DNA of 63,990 nt, counting the filler, from Hyphochytrium catenoides (lineage: Eukaryota; Protista; Hyphochytriomycota): NCBI GenBank assembly GCA_900088475.1. It is 14 parts of 14 records of this genome, joined end to end, with 100 filler letters (N's around TTAATTAATTAA, not from the genome) between each part and the next. Parts side by side here need not be neighbours in the genome. Positions count along the whole stretch, not along the records: positions 36,677 to 40,978 come from FLMG01004470.1; positions 41,079 to 53,272 come from FLMG01002226.1; 12 more parts are not named here. One strand, given 5' to 3'. A program made the position numbers and the translations under genes. Positions 36,720 to 47,881 of the stretch are shown in pieces (within the stretch, counting starts at the first letter, position 1; each line of letters starts with the position of its first letter). The notes under the pieces are model-generated. The model had not been told where the DNA came from, did not search any database, and was given only the letters and a program-made list of their open reading frames with translations.

Positions 36720-37126
36720 CGTAACGTGGACCTCATCTCCAAGATTAGGGAGAACCTCCTGCTGGGCAGAAGCCTTGACAACATCACTTTGATGGCAGAG
36801 TTCGAGGGCAATTGTCAAAACATCTTGAACTTGTAAGCTGGACTTGCGTCAGGCTAGGCTTCCTCTAGCATCGAATCTCCTTACTTCTCTTTTACGACTG
36901 TGTAATGCTAGGTGGTGCTTTCCCGAAGGGTCGTGCTCTCTGAACATAGGTCCCAGTTCTTTCTCTATCTACGTTCCCTAGTAATTTGATTCCTTTGCTG
37001 ACCATAACGATGCACTGTCTCCTACACAGGTTGGAGCCCTTAAACGTCCATATGCCTCCACTACCGGTTAAGATCAACACAACTTTTCTGCAGGTGCCAG
37101 GAATGCAGGCTCATTCGGCAACCTGA
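36720..37126 (+). CDS. DUF3755-like C-terminus (plant Myb-like protein family), 5'-partial
   Basis: Exons 36720-36832 and 37030-37126: RNVDLISKIRENL..DNITLMAEFEGNCQNILNLL..HMPPLPVKIN. This resembles the N..I..NL..ENI.L...RDNI..IL..MPPLPVKLN pattern. Confidence 0.65.
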
Positions 37127-37480
37127 TCAAATTACTCTGTGAAGAATTCCTGAGGCCTGGTGCTTTTTTTCAAAGTCCAGACACCTTTATGGTTCGCGCG
37201 GTCGGCGCAAGTTTCCTGACCAGGCATACAAGAGTACTGCTTGAGAACACCACTACTTACGGAAAGATGCACGTGGGGAGAAAGGGTATAAGGCACCCAT
37301 GCGGGCACCACCATGCAATCTGATCCTAGTCCAATGTTCTACGCGAGCTTTCTACCTTTCTTAGAACCTATCTGTCTCCTGCTAAGCGCCCCGGGCATGA
37401 GTTAGCCTCCATCTGGGGACATTAATCAGAGAGGACGTGGCATTGGAAGGCTGCACGTGTCACTTGGAGTTACCGTAAGG

Positions 37481-40250
37481 CTATGACAAGCTGACATCGC
37501 TGTATAAACCTAAGTCCTTCAACAAATCTCCTTCTTCCTTCACTCTACATCCTCCTTCATAACGAAGAGTATGAATTGACCTTCCACTTATATGGAACTC
37601 TGCATGTTTGCCGCTTGAGATATTTAGCTGCATTTCGATTGAGAAAGATCTATTAGCAACCGCCAAAAGATAGGACGAGAAGACCAGAGGCTAAACTTCT
37701 TAGTCTAAGCGGGGAGCTTTAGCTAAATGTAGGGAGAAATGGACTGAAGGAACGCGCAAGAGATAAGTAGGTGAAGCGTATGAAGAGACACCGCTAGCAA
37801 GAGGAAAACCTTTTCAAGCGACGAACCGAGAGAGAGACTCAGGCTCTCACCTTCACGTCATATTCAGCCTTGTCTCTGTTGAGCACTACAACAAGGAGCT
37901 CGTCGCTCGGGCCGCAGAAGGAAACCGTTTCCACGTTATAGTTGAACTCCCACCAGCGCTTCCTGAAGGTGACTTTATCTTCTACTCTCACGCTGCCGGG
38001 CAGTATTAGTTTGCTGAAATGTCCCATGACGTAGTACATCGCTTGCTTATAAATAACGTTCCCGCTGTTAGTGTCAGCAAGGATTGGAGAGTCCACGAAG
38101 TTCCTTGCCCATGTCGGACCTCCCTATAAGATGCGAGAAGAGTGAGGCGAAGGCCTCTTTCTTTGTAGGATGGCTGGCATTCGGAAGTAAGACGGATACA
38201 GTGACTGTCTGAAAAAATCTAACAGATCAAGAGAGACCATAGTTGATTTTAGAAACCTGAAGGTCCAAAACGATGTTCCAGTCCATCCAACCAATCCCCC
38301 AGTTCCGCAGGGTTCCGATGATGTCTCGAGCATAGTTCTCTGCCCGATACCAACTCCCGAGCTTGGGACCATGGCTGTCAAAGAAGCCGTGGAAGCCCTC
38401 GCAGGCCTCAGTCGCCATTATAAACTTGTCTGGATGCTAATGTGATAGGGATAGATACGTTAGAGGCAGACCTTAGACAGTCCTACCTTTGCCATCCCAC
38501 AATCTCTGTCACCGGTCAAAGGAGGAACAATTGAAGAAAAGTACTTACCGCTTGATGTGTCTGGTCCAGATTCTTGAAGTATGGCCCAAATCTGAAATCA
38601 ACTGTAGAGTACCTAAAGAAGCGATCGCGATCAATATGCAACTAAGCCTGACCACTACGTAATCGCGCTCGCTATAGCGGAGGAGAGAGAGGGGAACATA
38701 AGGAGTATGGATCGTAGCGGAAGGATAGACGGCGACAAACAAACAGACTGACCAGTGAACGCCAACGCCATCTACGAACTTGTTTGCCTCTGGATCAGAA
38801 AGAGTCGTAGTTGCCCACTTTGGAAGCAGGTCACGTTGATCGTCATGAAGGATTATCTTTGTCTATGGAAAAAAACGCCCGGCAGACGTAGGTTGGTTAG
38901 GATGGGGGCTCTACTTAGTGGCCTTCAACACGGGTTGATAGAGGCCAAGGGTATTCAACCTAATAGAAGTACGGCTACTTTGCAACAAGGTCCAGGAAGA
39001 CGCATCATTGATAGATGGCAGCGAGACAGTAGAGCGCTAAACAGTCCGTTTGGCAGAGATTGAATGTCAGCACATCAGAACGGAAGCAGTTCACTCGGCC
39101 CACATGGAGGAGTAGTCATAACGGCACTTGAAGGAGATCCAGTAGCTAGACTCACCTCGGGATGGGCGGTTTTGACCACAGGGCCTAAATGATACTTCAC
39201 AAAGTCCCTAAGCTCATGTTCATTAAATCGCAGGCTCTGCCATCCCTGTCCCAGCTGTAAGGGGTTTCTGTAGGGTTCATTCTGACTGGTTATGGCCCAA
39301 AAGTGGAGGCCCTAGCGAGAAGAGGGCGAGGGATACAAGGAGGGATTAGGTCACGAGAGGTTCAGGTCCCTAGAGTCTCAGTAGTACGAAGAGAGGGCCC
39401 GGGAGATGAGTCCTATAAATGGTCTCTTATGCATCCATAACGTCCTTGTTGGTCTTACATGCTCCTTGTACTTGGAAAGGAACTTGCTATAGTACTCCGC
39501 TACAGCCCGATAGTAGGGCCCTTGGGTGTCACCTTTGAGTTTGCAGTTGACGGTTGACCCTCGACGGCACATCCAGACTGGCGGTGCCCACAGAGAAGCA
39601 AAGAGTGTCATATTTCTGGCAGACATGTCGAGAACACGCTTGATCATCGGTATTTTGTGCACCTCGTCCATCGCAATGGAGAAGTTTTTAAGCTCCAGAT
39701 CTTCTGCATCGTGATATGAGTAGACATTATCCGAGAAGTCAGTACTGGAGATGGGAACTCGAGCTATGGTGTAACCTAGGCCTTGCGACCCATAGTAGGA
39801 CTGTAAGACGTGGCTCTGAAGTTCTGGCTTTAGTGCATTGATATTCTTAATGGCTGAATCCGTCAGTGCACCGCCGAAGCCCCTAATCGTCTGCAGACGT
39901 TTGGAGGTGTCGATCTGGATATCGATGACCTTACTCGCCTTATCGTCATCGCTGCCTCGTAGCGGCCCACTCTCCCGATTGCTAGCAGTTTTCTCGCTGG
40001 TTAATATATCGATAACTGATAGGTGCATGCGTTGGCCATCCTCTGTGCTTGTATAAAGGGCTGCTTGGTTAGCGCCGATATCCGTGTACTCCTGAATCGT
40101 GTCACAATAGGTGGCATTGCACTGGCAGACAAAGCCGTATTTCACCTTCACGAGGTCACACGGCTTGAATGACTGTGCCTGCACTGTGAGTAGGGGCAAC
40201 CCCAAGTAGGTTAACACCGCGAGCCGCGCAAAGTCCACCATCAGGTCCAT
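37481..40250 (-). CDS. GBA1: Glucosylceramidase, glycoside hydrolase family 30
   Basis: Signal peptide, VCQCNATYCD, QTIRGFGGALTDSA, RVPISSTDFS, ASLWAPPVWM, acid/base WAITSQNEP, DDQR, DGVGVHWY, nucleophile ATEAC, GWMDWNIVLD, GGPTWARNFVDSPI and YYVMGHFSK. Confidence 0.96.
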
Positions 40251-41078
40251 TTATAAATCTACTAGACAAGGGCTTGAGACGCTATTCCCTTTTTATCAAA
40301 TGAGCCCTCACTAACTGGTTCGGGTGTCCTCTCTTCTTAAAAGGCTTGTTTATCTGCATGGTTGACCATGGTTGAGCTTCTTCTTCCTTCCGACACCTCT
40401 CTACACCTGACACCAACCCGTTCCTTCAAAAGTTCTTTCTCTGCACGGCGGCTGCTAGTCTGTAGGATGCAATCATTAGCCCTCGACGTGAAGCACTGTC
40501 GCCCTATCGTCTAAGCCCGGAGGTGCAGACGAGTTCCCCATTGACGAGGAGACGAAGGAGCTCTTCCCAAGCCGGTGGCTCAGTAGTAACAGTTCACGGA
40601 GGAAGCGAATAAACATCGCGCTCTGGCATCAAGTCTCAGAAAAGATCTGACCTTCGCCTGTCGTGTCGCTTCAACACCGCAGACTGGACGTTAGCGGTCA
40701 TGTCTAAGACGGCCACAGATTCCGACGTCGACGTACATGTTGTTTGTGTCTGTGTGCTACACCCTACAGGCTACATCCTAAATAATAAAACATTAGAAGC
40801 AGAATAAGATAGTTTAAATTCCGGATCACGCTGGAGATGTGAGGATGTATCTTGTCCAAAGAACGAACCGTATGTTTTGGTGTGTCCCCCTTCCGAACCA
40901 GATCCCCGATCCTCAGTAAACCTCCCAAAAGGACCTGAGCTCCCCCGACTTTTTGTGATTCTGTCAGAGCCTGTTCAGNNNNNNNNNNNNNNNNNNNNNN
41001 NNNNNNNNNNNNNNNNNNNNNNTTAATTAATTAANNNNNNNNNNNNNNNNNNNNNNNNNNNNNNNNNNNNNNNNNNNN

Positions 41079-41237
41079 AGATGATGTTCACCAGGTAGTC
41101 CATGATTTGGTAGGTCTGGAGAGGAAAAAGAGAGGAGAGAGAAAGAAAGAAGAGAGAGAAAGGAAGAGAGAAAGAGGGAGTGAGAAACAAGTTAGGACAA
41201 TAAGAAGGAGAGAGCGAAGAGAGAGCAAAAAAGAGAA

Positions 41238-41297
<60 letters not shown>

Positions 41298-42740
41298 TCC
41301 AGAACAAGAGACAACCTGAGATAAAAGAGTGTGCGACGGAGAAAGTAGGAGTAATGAAGGAGAGAGAGAGCTAAGACAGTGAGAATTAACATAGAGCAAA
41401 GACCGCGAAGAGGAAAGAAAGAGAGTGAGCGAGAGGCCGAGAGAGACAGACACAGAAAGAGAGAGAGAGAGCAATGCTCTCCAATCGACATCGCCTACAT
41501 TCAACGACCAGAGCTTAGGGTATCGAGCAGGGATATGTCCATCGGCGAAAGGTTTGAACGATTGACTGTCTTCATAGTTGTTGGGCCCGTCAAACGTCTC
41601 AAGAAAGAGAAGAATCGAGGAGAAGACAACCACGATGGCCATGAAGGAATGATAGAGAAGAGCTTGCGGCGAGGCCAGAGGATTCTCTGTCAGCTCCATC
41701 AGCTGTTCCCGGCGGCTCAGGTGCCGGATACGCCCGCCTCCTACGGGCAGCAGAGATGCAGGTTAGAGAGAAGAGACTTCGAGGAGAAGGACACGCGAGG
41801 AAGAGAGACAGAAGAGAGAGACAGTAGAGAGAGAGACAGAAGAGAGAGAGACACAAGAGGGAGAGACAGAGAGCGACGGAGTGAGAGAGGGACAGAGAGA
41901 GAAAATTAAGACGGAGAGAGAGAGAAAAAGGAGAGAGACGAGAGATGGAGGGAGCGAGGAAGACAAAGACAAAGAGAGAGAGAGAGAGAGAGAGAGAGTG
42001 AGAAAGAGAGAAAGAGAGAGAGAGAGTCTCCTCTTGGGGTGAAGAAAGACTGGTCACCTACGTCGAACATTGCCCTTAAAGAGGCTCTTGAACCACGCCG
42101 AGAGCTGCACCAGGGCCCGCGTGTATAAAGCATTGACATCCACGCCACTGGCCTTGTCCGCTGCGTGTCCTACACTTGCCACGTTGCTCATGTGACTCTT
42201 TGCGCTGTTGGACCGGCCTATCGCCGCCAGAGCTGGGTGCAGATTCGCTTTGGCAGCTAATGTCGGAGAGCGCATGGCAGCAGCGGTGCTCTGTCGATTC
42301 TTGGTGCGCTGCCGATTGTGCGTGGCGCGCTTCCCTCCTGCCGCAGTGTTGATCGTGGCTGTGCTATGCTTCCGGCCCTTGGGAGACACTCCTGCTCCCG
42401 ATGGTTGAGCGCCTGGCCCTGGAGCTGCTGACCCTGAGGCTGGGAGGGCTCCTGCGCCTCCTCCAGCACTGCCACCGACGCTGCTGCCGCCATTTCTGCT
42501 ACCGGTTGCGCCGCCCGCGGATAATGCCGCGGCTTCCCCTGCCGCAGCTTGCTGCTCCATAGCGCCGTCCCCATTGCGGCTCTTATAAGAGTCCATGCGC
42601 TTCATGGAGAACTTTCCGCTGGCTTTACCACTGCGCTGGCGGTGGGAGGAGCCTCCTCTTCCGCGAGAAGAGAGACCATCATTGTCCAGATCATCAGAGG
42701 TTGATGTAGGGTCCGAGACACTCTTCTCGCCTCGGTCCAT
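41079..42740 (-). CDS. Voltage-gated K+ channel-like protein, N-terminus to S1/S2 (3'-partial)
   Basis: Long Gly/Ser/Ala-rich N-terminal exon, then LMELTENPLASPQALLYHSFMAIVVVFSSILLFLET (Kv pre-S1/S1 pattern E.P.SS..A...S....CLET) and TYQIMDYLVNII at the contig edge. The pore is not in the window. Confidence 0.65.
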
Positions 42741-42854
42741 CGTCCTCCTTCTTCTGGATCCCGAGGGTTTGTCTCGTGTGCTTATAGAGTTTGCCCTGTT
42801 CTCTCAGATCATCTCTGCCATGAGTCCAAGGCTGGCCGGCGCTGAAGATGAGAA

Positions 42855-42888
<34 letters not shown>

Positions 42889-43172
42889 AAGAGAAAGGGG
42901 TTGTCGAATGAGAGAGAAAACAAATGACCGCAGCGTTTGAGGGGATGAGGAAAGAAGGATGAGACGGCGGGGCTATTGTTCTTCCCTCTGTGGACCGGTG
43001 ACGTTTGGCACAGAGGGAGCGGCATGTGAGAAATTATCTGGAGCTGGGATCCAATGGCGTTTCCACAGCCTTCCGGCGGGCGAAAGAGAGCGCATAATAT
43101 ATGCAGGAGAAGCACAGAACAGAAAGGAGGGATACAGAGCGGAGAGAGAGACGAAGAGAGAGAGAGGGAGTT

Positions 43173-43226
<54 letters not shown>

Positions 43227-43905
43227 AGAAAGGAAGAGACGTAGGCCGTTATCTTCCCGTCCTCCTGATGTCTGTTCCCCCCTTCCCTGTAACGACCAAC
43301 TACAGAGAGAGCCAGAGGGGGGGTTAGTAACCGCTAACGGCCATTGGTAACTGAGGAAACGACAGTACAGCATAGTACAACATCGACGCATGTACAGCTG
43401 CCCATACAACCGACCTAATAACAACACTGTAGGAGCTTCTGGAGGTTGTGTGGAACGCTTACCTTGTAGAATGATTATCTCAGGAGGAATCATGAATATG
43501 ATTCTTTGTTGTTTTGATGATGATAGGAGGGAGAAAAAAGGCTTCGTAGCTCTGGTTCCTCCTTCTTCTTCTTTATCTTCCTTCTCTCTTTCTTTCTTTT
43601 CTCTTTTTCTCTTTCATCTAATCATCAAGAGTAGAATAAATTAATGGCAATAATAAGTATAAGTAGGAAAAGGTCAGAAAACATCAAAACATGCTTAAAT
43701 GCATAGATCATAATGATGCATTCAAAGAAGAAGAAATTAGAAGTTTGTTGAGAAATATAGATAAGTTACTAAATAAAAGGGAAGCTTCTGCTGCTGCCAC
43801 GAAGAAGGAAGAGTGCACAGAGGGAAGCGAAGGGAAATACCTTTCTTCTTGTCCAGAAGCCTGTTATTAGCTGTCCGGGTCCGTCTTTCAAGCAGAGCAT
43901 CGGTG

Positions 43906-43940
<35 letters not shown>

Positions 43941-45660
43941 CTCTCCAGGATAACAGGCGGCACTTCTTCTCATCATCTTGAGCGGGATGTCAGTGTTTCT
44001 TGTTGGTCCATCTTCTGTCTGCTTCGGTAGTAGCTGGACTGCTCTGTAGAGGATGAGAGATGAGAGACAGGTCGAGATGAGAGGCATGATGAAGCAGAGC
44101 AGGCAGATTCATCGTTGTAGAGCCATAGTTGGCTCTCTCCCTATCCCGTTCTGGTTCTCTTAGCTTTCTGTACATAGTCTAGCTGAAAGGAGAGAGAAGA
44201 GGCAAGTGAAAGGACAGAAGAAAAGAATAGAGGGAAGGCAACGGGTTGAAGAAGATGAAAGGTTGAAAGAGGAACCAGAAAACAAGCAGAGAGTCTTGGA
44301 GCCGATCAACAAGAAGAGCGGCAAAAAAGACGAACACGACAGAAGTGCCGTCGAGCTTGTGCGCTTTGAGGAAAATTGAGAAGTGGTCGGCTGTGACGCC
44401 ATGTGGCGGGAGGGATGGCAGAGGAAAGAAGAACATTTATCAGGCGCGAGGAAGGAAGAGTGAGACACAAGGAGGAAGAATGAGATACAGGAGAAACAAG
44501 CGGACATAGAGACAGAGAGATAAGTTGAGAGAGGCGCAGAGGACAGAGGAGAGTGAGAGAGAAGACAAAGAGAGAGAGGGAGAGACAAAGAGAGAGAGGG
44601 AGAGACAAAGAGAGAGAGGGAGAGAGAGAGAGACAGAGACAGAGACAGGGAGCGAGAGAGAGAGGCAAACAGAGAGAGAGAGAGAGAGAAAGAAAGAAAG
44701 AAGGAGGAGAGCGCTCACGTTCTTTGAACGATTCTTAGGACCGCGGGCTGCAGAAGGGAAAGGGAAGGAGAGAACAGAAGAGAGACAAGCGAGAGAAGCA
44801 GCAGATCAGCAAGCGTGTTCTCAACGCTTTCTCCATTTCTTTCGCCGAAAAGCTTTCAGCTGTTTCTTCTCTCCCCATTCCTTCTTTCACCTTTCCAGTT
44901 CCGTTCTTGCTTTCATTCTTTCTTGGGCGCCTCTTCGCTGTCTCCTCTCTCCCACTATCCAATCGCAATATCTCTAGCCGTTATAACCTTTGGCTGGTGT
45001 CTCTCTCTCCTGTTGTCCCGCGGGACCTTCCATTTCCGTTCTTTCTGGAGTTGTAAAGCCAGTCTTCCTCTCCTTCTTTCCAGCAGAGGCGTGTGGCCTG
45101 GGGTTCAGGCTTTTGTGCCGGGGGATAACCGCCGCGCCAGATTCTTCCAGACGGAATGGAGAAGAGAGAGAGAAAGAGAGAGAGAGAGACCCTGGGGTCT
45201 GAAATCTCGGTCTCTCTCCTCATTGCTTGCTTCGTCTTTTTCTCACCTGTGTCGTCTGTCTCACTATTTTGCTACTGCCTGACGTAAGAGAGTAAGTAAT
45301 CGAGAGGGGATAGACCTGGTGTTACGTTGACAACAAATGGAAAACAGGTAAAAAAAGAGACGCAAAGGCTGAGAGGTGACGAGCAAGACAAATATTTACA
45401 CAGAGGGGCGAGAGGAGTGCGAAAGAGAGAGAGCAGAGAAGATTGCCAAGCATAAGGGGGAGCAGAAAGATGCAGGAGAAGAAAGAAAGAGAGAGAAAGA
45501 GCGCGAGAGACAGAGAACAAAGAGAGACACAGTCAAGAGGGGGACGAACGAGAAGACAGAATGAGGATACAAGGGAGAGAAGAGAAGAGACAAGACACAT
45601 ACAGACTGANNNNNNNNNNNNNNNNNNNNNNNNNNNNNNNNNNNNNNNNNNNNNNNNNNN

Positions 45661-45698
<38 letters not shown>

Positions 45699-46314
45699 TG
45701 ACCAAAGAGAAGGAGGCAGAGAGGGCGGGCACACGGACGGGACAGGTGAGAGAAAGGACAGGATCTCCGCCTGCTACCGTTACTCACGCTGTGACCCATA
45801 AATATGCCGCTTGCTTACATGCCACAACGATACCGCGACCGATTCTATCCATAAATATTCCTTCAGTGGCCCTTTTCTTGTAACGCCTCTCCTGCATTTC
45901 CGCTCTTAACGGTAGTGTGTATGGGTAACCCAGTTAGAGGAGAGTTGTTTGAACTTTGCGGTTGATATTTGTCTAAGTTAAGTTCAGGAGGAATGGGCAA
46001 ACACAGCTACAGAGAAGCATAGTGGGTAATGCAGGTTAAGGCCCCATCATCTGCCCAAACTGCTTCTTCCTCTCCTCTGGACAGCCAAGCTTCTCCATAG
46101 AACCATCACTACCACTGGCTTCTAACGCTAGTGACCAATAAAGGTAATATGGGTATTACGAGAGAAGCCCTTCCTTGCATCTTTCTAACAAAATGAAGGC
46201 AACACGAGAGCCAAAGGGGAAATGTAGGTAATATGGGTCGTATCCTCCTCCGTTAGACAAGACCAGGACTGTCTCGACTTTGCTTTCCTTTCCTTTGCTC
46301 CTAAGGCAATAGCG

Positions 46315-46734
46315 GTGGCAGCAGGAAGGAGTCCGAGCAGCAACAGCGGCAGCAGCAGGAACAGCAGGAGCAAGAACAGGAGGACCAGGAATAGGAGCAG
46401 CTGGAGAAGGAGCTGGAGCAGCAGCAGGACCTGGAGCAGGAGGAGCAGGAGCAGCAGGAGCAGCAGGAGCAGCAGAAGCAGCAGGAGCAGCAGCAGTAGT
46501 AGCACTAGCAGCAGCAGGAGCAGGAGCAAGAACAGGAGGACCAGGAATAGGAGCAGCTGGAGAAGGAGCTGGAACAGCAGCAGGACATGGAGCAGGAGGA
46601 GCAGGAGGAGCAAGAGGGGCAGGAGCAGTAGGAGCAGCAGGAGCAGCAGGAGCAGCAGGAGCAGCAGGAGCAGTAACGGTAGCAGGAGCAGCAGCAACAG
46701 CAGGAACAGGAGCAGGAGCAGGAGCCGCAGGAGC

Positions 46735-46779
<45 letters not shown>

Positions 46780-46800
46780 AGCCGCAGGAGCAGCAGGAGC

Positions 46801-46841
<41 letters not shown>

Positions 46842-46885
46842 CAGGAGCGGAAGCAGCAGTAATAGCAGTAGCGGTAGCAGCAAAA
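46315..46885. repeat. Imperfect CAG/GAG (GCAGGA) triplet array with an internal ~85-bp duplication at 156-bp spacing
   Basis: Direct reading; block gagcaagaacaggaggaccaggaataggagcagctggagaaggagctgg occurs at ~46368 and ~46524. Confidence 0.95.
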
Positions 46886-47296
46886 GCACCAGGAAACGAA
46901 GAGACGGCCAAGAAAAGGTCTAAGCAACAACTCACTCGCCTAACCCATCGCCTCTCCAAACATCAGCGTCCTAGCTTAACAACCGCCTTCCTTCTGAACA
47001 TGTACTAGGACCAAGCTTCCATCATGAGGAGGGCCGCTGAGACTCTTAGGCAGCTGTGTCCGCTGTCCAGCAAGCCGTATAGGGTCGCGTCTCCACCCAG
47101 TGGGAGCCGTCGATAGGGAGATGAGATGGCAGCCTTAGAAGAGTGAAGGCGAGGACAGACGAGGAGGTACGAGGCATGAGAGAAAGGAGAGAAGCGGGAG
47201 AGAAGGCTACTTGCTCAGGTGCATTGTCTCAATCGCCATGTGGAAACACTGCACATGGGTACAAAGAAGAACACATCGCAACGGCCGCCCTTTCTC

Positions 47297-47333
<37 letters not shown>

Positions 47334-47340
47334 GTCTCTC

Positions 47341-47377
<37 letters not shown>

Positions 47378-47881
47378 TGCGCGCTCTCTCTCTCTTCCCA
47401 TCTCTCTGTATATGGTTGGCTCTTTGCTGGTTTTCTTTCCCTTAAAGTGAGTCTATCATCTCCTTTCTCTCTCTTTCTCTTCGCTCTCTCTCGCCAGCTC
47501 TCTCTCTCTCTCTCTCTTATGTCTCTCCGCACTCGCCTTTCTCACTATTCATCCCGGCTGTCGTCGCCCTCAACAGGGCATTTTCACGGTTGTCTTTCTC
47601 TCCTCATCGTCCTCTCCTCTCTCTCGTCTCCGTCAATTGTCAGCTGCTGTCATCCTCCAAGGAGGCGCACTCTCTCTCTCTCTCCCCTGTCCTTCAAGCT
47701 ATGGACAAATCTTCCAGGACCTAAACAGAAAACGAAGAAAAGAGAGAGAGAGAGGGAGAAAGGGAAAGAGAGAGAGAGCGCGCGAGGAGAGAGAAAGAGA
47801 GAGAGAGAGGGAGGGAGAGAGACCATGGAGAGACAAGGCTTATGTTGGGGAATAGCGGTCTATTACTTTCTACCACCAGGG

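Noticed and set aside
46315-46885. TAG/TAA reassigned to Gln (ciliate-type code)
   Set aside because: Conserved genes show no in-frame TAR codons, and the TPC and TRAPPC12 genes end at TAG at the expected C-terminus.
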